Notes: generated by a model from the sequence alone, not told the origin. A stretch of 64,000 nt of DNA from Bacteroidota bacterium (GCA_016718825.1 JADKCL010000012.1:65417-129416), one strand, 5' to 3'; positions 36,387 to 46,785 are shown, numbered from the stretch's first letter. Made by a program: numbers and translations.

Positions 36387-38820
36387 ATGTGAAAGCGTGC
36401 ATGTTGATGATCTGCGGATTGCTCTTGGGAAGCTTTGTTTTGGGGCAACGCATCAGTGGAACCGTAGGTTACGAAGCCAATCAACGCTCAGACAGTACCA
36501 AGGAACGCTGGGGCGCTGCAGGCGAAACGGTGTTTTTGATGCCGGGGAAATTGCAGTCAAAAACCGATTCATTGGGCAGGTATAGCTTTGGTCCACTCGC
36601 GCCGGGCACTTACACGCTACGTACCAGCATGGAAGGCCTGGGGCAAAAACGAAGTTGGAAATCACCGTCACCGACCAAGACATCGTTCAGGATTTTTACT
36701 TCCACCAGTTTTACAGCCGTTTGTCAGGCGTCGAAATCACCGACCAAACCAATTCCGTGAATTGGATGCGCAATGTCGAAGGCATGGGCATTTACGCAGC
36801 CCGCAAATGCGAACTCATTGACATCAGCCGCATTACGGCCAACCTTGCCACCAACAATGCCCGGCAAATCTTCAACAATGTCGCTGGACTGAACATCTGG
36901 GAAAATGATGGCGGCGGCTTGCAATTGGGCATTGGCGGACGTGGACTGAGCCCCAACCGCAGCAGCAATTTCAACACCCGCCAAAACGGCTACGACATCG
37001 CTGCCGATGCCTTGGGCTATCCGGAAAGCTATTATTCGCCGCCGGTAGAGGCGTTGCGGAGGATCGAGGTCGTCCGTGGGGCGGCGAGCCTCCAATATGG
37101 TACACAATTCGGGGGAATGGTCAATTTCCTCTTCAAGGAGGGCCCGCAGGACAAAAAAATCGAATTCACGAGCCGGCAAACCGGCGGCAGTTTTGGATTT
37201 TTCAGCAGCTTCAACAGCTTGGGTGGGCAGGTTGGCAACCTGAATTATTACGCATTTTACCAAGGCAAACGCGGCGATGGCTGGCGGGCCAACAGCGGCT
37301 TCCAACAGCATACCGCCTACGGCGGACTGCGTTGGCAAATCAGTCCAAAATTCAAGCTCGGCGCCGAATACACCTACATGCATTACCTCGCGCAGCAGGC
37401 GGGCGGACTCACCGACGCGATGTTTGCACGCGATCCGCGGCAGAGCATCCGCGACCGGAATTGGTTCCAAGTGGATTGGAATTTGGCAGCCTTGACCGCC
37501 GACATCGCCCTGTCGCCGAGCACGAAACTCAACATTCGCAACTTTGGATTGTATGCGCGGCGCGACGCCTTGGGCTTTTTGGGTGCCATCAACCGCATTG
37601 ATCCGTTGGGCGAACGCGACCTGATCACGGGTGCATTTCAAAATTTCGGGAATGAGACCCGGTTGATGCACAAATACAGCTTTCTGAAGCATCCGGCGGC
37701 AATTTTGGTTGGCGCACGCTATTATCAAGGCCATACAACTGCCGCACAAGGCTTGGCCAATGCGGGTTCCGGTCCAGACTTTGAATTGATCAATCCCGAG
37801 CAACCTGAGGGCAGCGACTATGTCTTCCCGAGCCGCAACGTGGCGGCTTTTGCCGAGCAAGTCATGCACCTGAGCAGCAAATGGACGCTTGCGCCGGGGA
37901 TTCGGTATGAATTCATCCGCACCGCCTCGGAAGGGAGCTATCAGGTCCGCAACACCGACTTGGCGGGAAATGTCATTTACGAAGCCACGATTGCTGACAT
38001 TCGCAGCCGTGACCGCCAAATTCTGCTTGGGGGCCTAGGGACATCTTATAAACCAGGCGAAAACCTCGAAGTCTACGCCAACATCTCGCGCAACTACCGT
38101 GCGATTACATTCAACGATATGCGCGTGGCCAATCCCAACTTCGAGATCGACCCCAACTTGCGCGATGAGAAAGGCTTCAATGCCGACCTCGGATTCCGGG
38201 GGAATGCTGGGAATTGGTTCAACTTCGACCTGAGTGCCTTTTACCTTTATTATCAAGACCGCATCGGGCAAGTCCTGAAAACCGATTCGACGACCTACCG
38301 CTACTACCGCTACCGCACCAACGTCGCCGACAGTCGCAACGTTGGCTTGGAATGTTTTGCAGAGGCCGATCTTTTCCGGATGCTGGGCAATCAATTGTCA
38401 ACGACGCGCCTGACCCTGTTTGGAAACTTGGCCTGGATTGATGCCCGGTACCTCGACAGTCAACAGCCGGCATTTGATGGAAAGCAAGTCGAATTTGCGC
38501 CAAAAGTCAACCTCAAGACTGGCTTGAGCCTAAGCCACAAAAAACTGAAAGCCAGCCTTCAATGGAGTTATTTGTCCAGTCAATTCAGTGACGCGACCAA
38601 TGCCATTTCTTCGCCCAATGCCGTGGAAGGCCTCATTCCCTCCTACCATGTTTTGGACGCGACGGTCGGTTACACCTGGAAATGGTTCACGCTGGAGGGC
38701 AGCTGCAACAATGCCTTGAACCGGATGTATTTTACACGTCGCGCAGCGGCTTATCCGGGTCCGGGAATCATCCCAAGTGATGGTAGGAGCTTCTTTTTGA
38801 CCTTGCAAGTCAAGATTTGA
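36383..38820 (+). pseudogene. TonB-dependent receptor with N-terminal CarboxypepD_reg domain, interrupted by a 1-nt frameshift at an A5 run
   Basis: ORF 36383-36760 encodes the signal peptide and a carboxypeptidase-regulatory-like domain (GRYSFGPLAPGTYTLRTSMEGLGQK). ORF 36655-38820 continues with ...LEITVTDQDIVQDFYF, the plug (NVAGLNIWENDGGGLQLGIGGRG) and the beta-barrel. One extra A in 36645-36649 would fuse them into an ~812-aa protein. A GTGA overlap links it to the HTTM gene. Confidence 0.8.
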
Positions 38821-38985
38821 AGCATCCGATTTGCAGAAAAATCAATTTTTCTCGCCCATCAAATCCATCCCGAAATTCAGGAATGGCCTATTTTTGCAGC
38901 GATTCAAGAAAATTTGAAAAATATTTCGACCCGCACACACCAAAACGCATTCGCAGGACATCTATAGATTCAAAAGGCAAAAGGT

Positions 38986-39522
38986 TTGCAAGAGAATACG
39001 CTCATAGCAGGATGCAAAAATCAGGATCGCAGGGCCCAAAAGGCACTCTACGAACTGCATGCACCCAAAATGCTGGGCATTTGCCGACGTTATCTGGGTC
39101 AGCAGGCGGATGCCGAGGACGCCTTGCTCAATGGATTTTTCAAGGCCTTGAGTCAAATCGACACCTTCGAAGTTAAAGGCAGTTTTGAAGGATGGCTTCG
39201 TAAAATCATGGTCAATGAATGCCTGATGGCCTTGCGCAAGCGCCTGCGATTTCCGGAAGCTGCCGAATTGAGCGATGTACAATTGCGTACCTCCGAGGAC
39301 CCGATGACCATTATGGCCGCAGGCGACCTCATGGCAATGGTTGCCAAATTACCGGAAGGGTACCGCACCGTTCTGAACCTCCACGCGATCGAGGGGTACA
39401 AACACCACGAAATCGCGACGATGCTGGGAATCAGCATCAACACTTCCAAAAGTCAGTTGATTCTGGCGAAGCAAAAACTGCGCAGCATGGTCGGGCAAAA
39501 CGTTTATCCGGAGGCGAGCTAA
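38986..39522 (+). CDS. RNA polymerase ECF-type sigma-70 factor
   Basis: Region 2 (DAEDALLNGFFKAL...GSFEGWLRKIMVNECL) and region 4 (LPEGYRTVLNLHAIEGYKHHEIATMLGISINTSKSQL) are both present; 178 aa; TTG start. Confidence 0.85.
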   Translation: MQENTLIAGCKNQDRRAQKALYELHAPKMLGICRRYLGQQADAEDALLNGFFKALSQIDTFEVKGSFEGWLRKIMVNECLMALRKRLRFPEAAELSDVQLRTSEDPMTIMAAGDLMAMVAKLPEGYRTVLNLHAIEGYKHHEIATMLGISINTSKSQLILAKQKLRSMVGQNVYPEAS

Positions 39523-39523
39523 G

Positions 39524-40762
39524 ATGAAAGCAGAAGAAGACATCGAAAAGCAACTCGCAGCATCGCAGAATGCCTGGGACAGTCAGCCGTCGGCAGAGCT
39601 CTGGGATCGTCTGGAGGAACGTCTTGAAGAGGCGCAACCGACGATGGGGCCGAGAAAACCCAAAAATTGGCCGTTTCGCATCGTGAGTGTATTGCTTATG
39701 ATTGGAATCGGAACAGGAATTTGGATGGCTTGGCCGGAGGAAAAACAGGAGATTCCCATGGCAAAACCCATCGCGGCGCATCAAATAGTTGACCCAGGCA
39801 CTGAATTGCATGCGGAGCAGCGCGATACCGTGGCGAAAGCCAATAGCCATTTGACCTTCGGCGAAAATGTAGGCATCGGCGAATCGGTCCTCGGAAGGGC
39901 CAAATCAACGACCTTGGGTGGCAGAACCGGCGGCTTGTTTGCGGATTTCAGGAGTCAGCGCCTTGGCTTGCAAGGTGCCACCAAAATGCATTTCGGCAGC
40001 GGTGCGGTTGAAAATGAAAATCCCGGGGCACAGGCGAGCTACAATGGTTCCTCGGTTCAAATCAATGGCGGATTTCCCGTGAACAACCCGGGCACGGCCA
40101 ACATGTATGCAGGCAAGCCCGAGCTTGAAGTGACTGCCAATCTTCTGCCGTTGGGAAATATGCTCGTGACCAACAGCGTGGGCAATCCGATCGACACGGT
40201 CAATTCGTTGCAGCAATACAGCAATTTGATCCAAAGCAACGACAACAACCGCTATTTGCAGATCAACGCGGCCCGCAACGACATGAATTTCAACTTTGCA
40301 GGGCCTTCAACGGCAGGCAATCAGGAGAATTTGCAGCACTTGAAATGGCTGCTCGGCAGTTGGAAAACGCAAGGTGCAAGCGGCGGCGCGATCGAAGAAT
40401 GGCGGCAGTTGGATGATTTCACCTTGGTCGGCCGCGGCTATTTTGTCGTGAACGGCGATACGATTGTCACGCAGGAAATGCGCATTGAACAGCGCGGACC
40501 CAATGTTTACTATATCATTGTCAAGGACGAAAATGCCAAGGCAATGAAATTCAGGCTGCGCTCACGGATGAGCAATGAGCTGATTTTTCAGGACGAAAGC
40601 CCCAAAACGGATCAGGAATTGGTATTGCGCAACAATCCGGCAAAGGACGAAGTCGAAAAAATTATTTCGACACCGGCGGAACGCAGCGTCAATCAGCTGA
40701 ATAAGAGCAGTCAAAATTCACCGGGCAACTACAAGGTGATGCAACGCAAAAAGCAGCCTTAA
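39524..40762 (+). CDS. single-pass membrane protein downstream of the ECF sigma (candidate anti-sigma factor) with C-terminal lipocalin-like domain
   Basis: It starts 2 nt after the sigma stop. It has a short cytoplasmic N-terminus, one TM helix (FRIVSVLLMIGIGTGIWMAW) and a long periplasmic part ending in WLLGSWKTQG...VGRGYFV. No zf-HC2 motif is present, so the anti-sigma role is contextual. Confidence 0.55.
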   Translation: MKAEEDIEKQLAASQNAWDSQPSAELWDRLEERLEEAQPTMGPRKPKNWPFRIVSVLLMIGIGTGIWMAWPEEKQEIPMAKPIAAHQIVDPGTELHAEQRDTVAKANSHLTFGENVGIGESVLGRAKSTTLGGRTGGLFADFRSQRLGLQGATKMHFGSGAVENENPGAQASYNGSSVQINGGFPVNNPGTANMYAGKPELEVTANLLPLGNMLVTNSVGNPIDTVNSLQQYSNLIQSNDNNRYLQINAARNDMNFNFAGPSTAGNQENLQHLKWLLGSWKTQGASGGAIEEWRQLDDFTLVGRGYFVVNGDTIVTQEMRIEQRGPNVYYIIVKDENAKAMKFRLRSRMSNELIFQDESPKTDQELVLRNNPAKDEVEKIISTPAERSVNQLNKSSQNSPGNYKVMQRKKQP

Positions 40763-40908
40763 CAGGCACTTTCTCCCGGAATAAAAAAATCTCCTCGGGC
40801 GTCTTTATCGGACGCATGGATTTCGCATGCCATTCAGGAAGCATCACGATCCGTTATTGAGCCCGTCGATCATGCCCTTTTGTCAATTTTTACTTCAAAA
40901 AAATCAAT

Positions 40909-41598
40909 ATGAAACGATTTCTTCCCCTTCGGTCGGTGATAGCGAGGCTATCCATGACCTTGCCGATGCTCCTGATTTTGGCGCTTGCGCCATCGTTGCA
41001 ACTCTTTGCAGGCGGCGGATTTGTCCCCGCGCAGATTTACGATGGCCCTTTGAATCTTGCCCAGCCGGCGGCCCCACCGCTCAACAATCCCGTTTCGCTG
41101 AATGATAGGCAGATTCCAACGACTCCAACCGACCCCAAAGTGGATATAGAGGTCACGGTCAGCATTACGCCTGAAGAAATCAACTGGCTAAACTCCCTCG
41201 ACAATGACTTGCCCTACCACCATCGCGGACTTTCTGAGGCGGCTTATCAGCAACAACTTCTCGCCGCAGACAATATCCTCAGACCATTGACTTGGCAAGC
41301 AAATGAGCCCGAAGCCGCGTCAAGTTTGGAAAACGCAGAAAAACATGATGTGCAATCCTTGAAACTATTGACTTGCCCAAATCCGTCCCATGGTCAATTT
41401 CGCGCAACGATCGAAGGAAGCGGGACGGGCCTATTTACCTATCGAATTGTGTCCTTGTCCGGGCAGGTGATGGAATCGCGTAATTCAGCATCCGTATTCG
41501 AAGACTTTGATCTCAGTGGCAATCCGGCTGGCATTTACTATTTGCAAGTCATGCAGGGGAACACCCAATTAACCGCAAGGGTTTTGCTTCAGTACTGA
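40909..41598 (+). CDS. secreted protein with T9SS type-A C-terminal sorting domain
   Basis: Signal peptide present. C-terminal LTCPNPSHGQFRATIEG...YRIVSLSGQVM...GIYYLQVMQGNTQLTARVLLQY. Confidence 0.7.
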   Translation: MKRFLPLRSVIARLSMTLPMLLILALAPSLQLFAGGGFVPAQIYDGPLNLAQPAAPPLNNPVSLNDRQIPTTPTDPKVDIEVTVSITPEEINWLNSLDNDLPYHHRGLSEAAYQQQLLAADNILRPLTWQANEPEAASSLENAEKHDVQSLKLLTCPNPSHGQFRATIEGSGTGLFTYRIVSLSGQVMESRNSASVFEDFDLSGNPAGIYYLQVMQGNTQLTARVLLQY

Positions 41599-41692
41599 TT
41601 TTTTGACGAAACCCTCAGAAACATAACGGAACCCAAAGCACGGATTGAAAGGCATTCATCCAAACTTCAATCAGAAATATAACACCTGATTT

Positions 41693-41730
41693 GAAGGCGC
41701 AACCCTGGTGGATGCGCCTTCTTGGTGTTC
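41693..41730 (+). terminator. possible terminator hairpin
   Basis: An 8-bp stem (gaaggcgc / gcgccttc) with a 13-nt loop, followed by a weak T-tract (TTGGTGTTCC). Confidence 0.35.
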
Positions 41731-42402
41731 CTATTGGCGGTTTTGCTTTCTAAAAATGGATGATTTTGCGCGATTTCCGCTCATTTCCAGCCGACCAATG
41801 GAAGTTGATTGATTACATGGAAGACAAGAATCACGGTTAGGCTCAGGCGTCTTTTCATTCGCTTTGGCGGCAACAGCTCCCCAATTTGCCCCTGTTTCAC
41901 CAACGATTGAATGACCTACACGATTTTGATGGACTGATTCGCAATGATTTTGAAGTCAAGTGATCCAGTTTGGAATGGGTTTCGTAAGTCATTTTGTTCT
42001 CGCAATTTACTTGGAAGGCAAGTATCGTTTGATCGACATAGGAGAGCTCGTAGGGAATCCGGAATCCACGGGGAATCTGGCTTAGGCTGGGATGGATAAA
42101 GGTGCAGGGAAGGGATCAAAGATGCAGGTTTGGGCAACATGAGGCGAAGGAGCGGCAATCTGCCGTAGGGAGTTGGCTCAAATCACGACCATTGGACTGC
42201 GCCGCCGCATTGCGTGCGGCTGCAGTCGGTGGGCGCCACAAAGCGACTTGTCTCGCTTACGACATTCAAAGTTAAATCGTGCCTTCACACTTGCACAGCA
42301 AGGAATCACATGTTAATTTTAGAATCCGTTGGCTATCCATGCATAGTCCACGGTAGGTATTGTGAATTTAGTTTTCATCCAATAAGTCAAAAAGTCGAGA
42401 AT

Positions 42403-44040
42403 ATGAAAAGGTTTACTACGATGTTGGCTTTGGCCGGTGCTCTGACAATCGGGGCGCAGACCACAGCTTCTGCACAAGCGACACGGCACAACGTGATCCT
42501 TGAAATTGCTACCGGTACATGGTGCCAATATTGCCCAGGTGCTGCCATGGGTGCCGATGACCTCCACGCAAGCGGAGCCAACGTCGGAATCGTTGAGCAC
42601 CACGACAGCGATCCATATGAGACCCCCGAAAGCGTAGGTCGTTATGATACCTACTATGGTGTCACCGGCTTCCCAACCGCATTCTTTGACGGTGGCAACA
42701 GCGTCGTTGGTGGTAGCAATACCAACTCGATGTTCAGCACCTACAACCAAAAGTACACGACTGCGATTGGAGTTGCTACCCCATTTGACATCACATCAAC
42801 ATGGACACAAAACGGCGCAAGCATCGACGTGTCTGCAACCGTGAACCAAATGGGTGCATATTCAGCTGGCAACTTGCGCTTGCAAGCTTGTGTGACTGAA
42901 AGCCACATCCAAGTCAACTGGCAAGGTCAGACGGAGATCAGCTTCGTCAACCGTGACATGTATCCTGACCACCTTGGCCAGACATTGACCTTGACACAAG
43001 GCAATTCGCAGACACTCAACTTCAATATTCCAATCAGCCCATCGTGGGTACAAAACGAGATGGAAATTGTGATTTGGGTGGAAAACAGCTCTACCAAGGA
43101 AATCTTCAATGGCACAGTAGCTCCGTTGGCAGTCGCTTCGATGGCCAATGACCCAATGGCGGTCGAAATCAGCAATGAAATCGGTGCAACCAACTGCCTC
43201 GACAACATTGCGCCTGAAGTCAAAATCCGCAACATGGGCAGCAATGCCCTGACCAGCGTCGATTTTAGCTACAGCATCAATGGCGGTACGCCACAAACCC
43301 ACACTTGGACTGGCAACTTGCCTTTCTTGAGCTATGCAGTGGTTACACTTCCTTCGATCAGCTTCACGCCATCTGCCAACACCACGCTGACGGTGAACAT
43401 CACCAACAGCAACGACGGCAATATGTCCAACAATACTGCATCCACGACTTGGGGATATGCTCCATATAGCAGCCCAGGTGCCTATGTGATGACGATTCAG
43501 CCTGACAACTACGGTAGCGAAACCACCTGGGAAGTCAGGAATGGTGCTGGCAGTGTGATCGCTTCTGGCGGACCTTATACCGACGGCAACACAACGCCGG
43601 TCAACGCCAACGTGACCATCAACGCCAACGATTGCTTTACGGTTACCGTGTTTGATTCCTATGGCGATGGCATGTGCTGCGCTTACGGTCAAGGTTCATG
43701 GACTTTGAAGGATCCAAGCAACAACGTTGTGGCCACAGGTGCTCAGTTTAACTCTGCAGATGCGAAGGCATTCTCGACCATCGTGGTCGGTGTAAATCCT
43801 GCGCTTGCTGCAAGCATCAACGTGTATCCAAATCCTAGCAACGGTGTATTCAACGTCGAGATTCCAAACGTCGACAACGCTGAAATCTCCATCGTGACCC
43901 TCACCGGCATGCAGGTGTACAACACAACTGCTTCGCAGTCCCTTACCAAAATCGACTTGAGCGATTTGGCTGCTGGCATGTACATGGTACGCGTCAAGAC
44001 TGCCGAAGGTCTTGCTGTCAAGAAAATCACCAAAGAGTAA
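42403..44040 (+). CDS. Omp28-related outer membrane protein with T9SS type-A C-terminal sorting domain
   Basis: Signal peptide MKRFTTMLALAGALTIGAQTTASAQ. Thioredoxin-like HNVILEIATGTWCQYCPGAAMG is typical of the Omp28-related family. CTD: INVYPNPSNGVFNVEI...GMYMVRVKTAEGLAVKKITKE. The start is set to ATG 42403. Confidence 0.75.
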   Translation: MKRFTTMLALAGALTIGAQTTASAQATRHNVILEIATGTWCQYCPGAAMGADDLHASGANVGIVEHHDSDPYETPESVGRYDTYYGVTGFPTAFFDGGNSVVGGSNTNSMFSTYNQKYTTAIGVATPFDITSTWTQNGASIDVSATVNQMGAYSAGNLRLQACVTESHIQVNWQGQTEISFVNRDMYPDHLGQTLTLTQGNSQTLNFNIPISPSWVQNEMEIVIWVENSSTKEIFNGTVAPLAVASMANDPMAVEISNEIGATNCLDNIAPEVKIRNMGSNALTSVDFSYSINGGTPQTHTWTGNLPFLSYAVVTLPSISFTPSANTTLTVNITNSNDGNMSNNTASTTWGYAPYSSPGAYVMTIQPDNYGSETTWEVRNGAGSVIASGGPYTDGNTTPVNANVTINANDCFTVTVFDSYGDGMCCAYGQGSWTLKDPSNNVVATGAQFNSADAKAFSTIVVGVNPALAASINVYPNPSNGVFNVEIPNVDNAEISIVTLTGMQVYNTTASQSLTKIDLSDLAAGMYMVRVKTAEGLAVKKITKE

Positions 44041-44069
44041 TCTCTACTGATACTCACGGTAAAAAATAT

Positions 44070-44106
44070 GCCGTCAGTCCTTCATTGGGCTGACGGCGTT
44101 TTTTTG
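44070..44106 (+). terminator. rho-independent terminator
   Basis: An 8-bp stem (gccgtcag / ctgacggc) with a 12-nt loop, followed by GTTTTTTT. Confidence 0.75.
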
Positions 44107-44155
44107 TGCCGTAACCCCATGATGCAATTCATTCAGCAACCACTAAATTTGCCCA

Positions 44156-45331
44156 ATGAAGGGAAATGTAGGGAAACAGCTCCTCTTTTGGGGACTCTTG
44201 ATTGGAAACGCATTCACTGCAGGGGCGCAGTCGTTCGCAAGCGGGTGGGAGGCATTGCAAGCTGACAATGCAACCTTGAGGGAAGATATTGTTCGTACCG
44301 AGCAGGCCATTGATCTGGTTCAGGCTTGGGTGGCTGACTCCATCGTTGAAAAAGACAAACAGCGCCTCAAAGGTCTTGGAGGATGGATCGCGCAACGCAC
44401 CGCCGCACGATTTTGGCTCAAATACGACGAACGAAAGCAAAAATATGTCGGCACAATCAGCAGGCCCTACCACATCTACGACGGCATGGCCGATGAAGTG
44501 GACATCAACATCTTCCTCATGCCCCATCTCCCGGAGTACATCCAAATGGTGCGAAAAGGCTTTGACTTGGCAAGAGAAAGACCACGGGGAGACAAGGCAT
44601 TCCGTTTTGATGCCCCGGAGAACTATCCTTTGCCGGCAGAGCTGAAAGTGGAGGACTTGGGCTATATCACTATCGAATGCGAAGTGACGCCGCCGCAAAA
44701 ATTTGCCCAAGACCTCGAAAAGCAGCTTTTTCCCGTCAAAGACGGTGATTATAGCTTGGATACCATTCCCGGATTCGGGACAAAATACACCAGCTTTGGC
44801 ATGACTGGAGTCTGGTGCATGGACTGCAACCACAATTGCCGACCAGAAATTCATCCCATCGAATGGCTTTGGTGGATGGACCTGAGCGAAGACCGGCCTG
44901 CTACCCAAACCTGGCATGCCACCTTGATGGTCGATGGCAGCAACCGGTTTCATGATTGGTCACCGAGCCCCATATCCGGTGAAATCGCGATCCCTTTTTT
45001 CGTCACCGACTACACGCAGCACCTTGAATTCAACTTGAAACACATTGTTTCAGACCCTGTTTCCAAGGCGGAAGCGAGTTTGCCGATGCCGGAAACCGCT
45101 TTCCAATCCGCAGACACGACCTTCAGGGTACCGCTGTCCATTCCTGGTGCCAAGCGACAGGCCATCAACGCAGACCTTAAGGTTCAGGGCGGATGGCCAA
45201 GTGCCTCCACATACTACTGGATCAGCGATTTGAAGCCGGTGGAAGGCGGATACGGCGGCTATTTCCACGTGTCCACCACTGCGGAAAGTATGCTGGCTTT
45301 CGAATTGTCGATCAGTACACAGGAGCATTGA
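44156..45331 (+). CDS. hypothetical secreted protein
   Basis: Signal peptide LLFWGLLIGNAFTAGAQS; 391 aa; no recognised domain. It lies immediately upstream of the MBOAT gene on the same strand. Confidence 0.6.
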   Translation: MKGNVGKQLLFWGLLIGNAFTAGAQSFASGWEALQADNATLREDIVRTEQAIDLVQAWVADSIVEKDKQRLKGLGGWIAQRTAARFWLKYDERKQKYVGTISRPYHIYDGMADEVDINIFLMPHLPEYIQMVRKGFDLARERPRGDKAFRFDAPENYPLPAELKVEDLGYITIECEVTPPQKFAQDLEKQLFPVKDGDYSLDTIPGFGTKYTSFGMTGVWCMDCNHNCRPEIHPIEWLWWMDLSEDRPATQTWHATLMVDGSNRFHDWSPSPISGEIAIPFFVTDYTQHLEFNLKHIVSDPVSKAEASLPMPETAFQSADTTFRVPLSIPGAKRQAINADLKVQGGWPSASTYYWISDLKPVEGGYGGYFHVSTTAESMLAFELSISTQEH

Positions 45332-45375
45332 GCAATTGGCTTTTGAAACTAGCGGAAACTGCCTAACTTGATTCG

Positions 45376-46785
45376 ATGCTGTTCAATTCAGTCCATTTCA
45401 TCTGGTTTCTGCCGCTGGTCATCACCCTCTATTACCTGCTGCCTGGAAAATTCCGATGGATCCTGCTGTTGGCGGCGAGCTATACGTTTTACATGTTTTG
45501 GCGGGTCGAATATGCAGCCATCATCCTCGGCAGCACATTCATTGACTTTTGGGCGGGCCGGCAAATGGGCAAACGCGCAACGCCGCGGGCACGGCTCCCC
45601 TTCCTCTTGGCGAGTCTGACCTGTAATTTTGGTCTGCTTTTCACCTTCAAATACGCGGGATTCTTTGGCGAAACCCTGAATTCCGTCTTTGATGCAGGGA
45701 TAGAGCCCCTGCAATTGTTGTTGCCGGTCGGGATCTCCTTTTACACATTCCAAAGCGTCGGCTATATGGTCGATGTCTACAAAGGAAAGTCCAAACCCGA
45801 AGCCCATTTCGGGTATTTTGCGCTTTTTGTCGCCTATTGGCCACAATTGGTCGCCGGCCCGATTGAGCGCTACCACCACATCGGACCGCAGCTCCACGCG
45901 ACACAAAAGCTGGAGTATGACAATTTGGCGAATGGTTTCCGGTTGATCGTCTTGGGATTCTTCGCCAAAATGGTCGTGGCAGACAATCTTGCAGTATTGG
46001 TCAATCAGTTCTACGAAAACCCGGTGGGATTCGGCCGCAGGGATGCCGCACTGTCCTTGGTGGCGTATTCGTTCCAAATCTATTGTGACTTCTACGGCTA
46101 TTCCCTCATCGCGATCGGCTCGGCAAGGCTGATGGGCGTGCGCTTGGCCGACAATTTCCGCACACCTTATCTATCAAGTTCCGTCGCCGAATTTTGGCAG
46201 CGTTGGCATATTTCGTTGAGCACTTGGTTTCGCGATTACCTTTTCATTCCGCTGGGGGGCAGCCGGGTGGGATTGGCCCGTTGGGCCTTCAATGCCATGA
46301 TCGTCTTCACCGTTTCCGGGTTTTGGCATGGTGCAAGATGGACGTTTGTGATCTGGGGAGCCGCTTGGGGGCTGTTTTATGTCTTAGAAAAGTTACTGAA
46401 CAAACTTGGGAGCCGCAAAAACGCTGAAAAGGAGGCGAATAAGGCCTTCTCCATCGGCAAGCTCCTTCGAATTCCGATCATTTTCCTACTTGCAACGGCC
46501 GCTTGGGTTCCTTTTCGCAGCGAAAGTTTGGAAAAAATGGCTTTGGTCGGCGATGCGTTGATCCATCAGCATGCAGGAATCCAACATTTCGAAATTCCAT
46601 GGGTCACTTTTGCCGCCTTGGGGATTTTCCTGCTGCTCGACGCATTGCATTACAAGCAACGTCCGGAGGAATGGTTTGCCAACCGCCCATTTATCCTGCG
46701 CTGGGCAATCTATGCGATTTTGATCTTTGGCACGCTGGCCTTTGCCGCTGTTGAAGAGGTTCCCTTCATCTATTTTCAATTCTAG
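45376..46785 (+). CDS. MBOAT family O-acyltransferase (AlgI/PatA/DltB-like)
   Basis: The N-terminus MLFNSVHFIWFLPLVI is typical. It is multi-pass and carries the conserved His region FWQRWHISLSTWFRDYLFIPLGG...FTVSGFWHGA. Confidence 0.88.
   Translation: MLFNSVHFIWFLPLVITLYYLLPGKFRWILLLAASYTFYMFWRVEYAAIILGSTFIDFWAGRQMGKRATPRARLPFLLASLTCNFGLLFTFKYAGFFGETLNSVFDAGIEPLQLLLPVGISFYTFQSVGYMVDVYKGKSKPEAHFGYFALFVAYWPQLVAGPIERYHHIGPQLHATQKLEYDNLANGFRLIVLGFFAKMVVADNLAVLVNQFYENPVGFGRRDAALSLVAYSFQIYCDFYGYSLIAIGSARLMGVRLADNFRTPYLSSSVAEFWQRWHISLSTWFRDYLFIPLGGSRVGLARWAFNAMIVFTVSGFWHGARWTFVIWGAAWGLFYVLEKLLNKLGSRKNAEKEANKAFSIGKLLRIPIIFLLATAAWVPFRSESLEKMALVGDALIHQHAGIQHFEIPWVTFAALGIFLLLDALHYKQRPEEWFANRPFILRWAIYAILIFGTLAFAAVEEVPFIYFQF

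Noticed and set aside
36640-36660. Programmed -1 ribosomal frameshift or transcriptional slippage joining the two TonB receptor ORFs
   Set aside because: CAAAAAC offers only single-tRNA slippage. There is no X_XXY_YYZ heptamer or obvious downstream stimulatory structure, and five A residues are too few for efficient transcriptional slippage. Sequencing error or a mutation is simpler.
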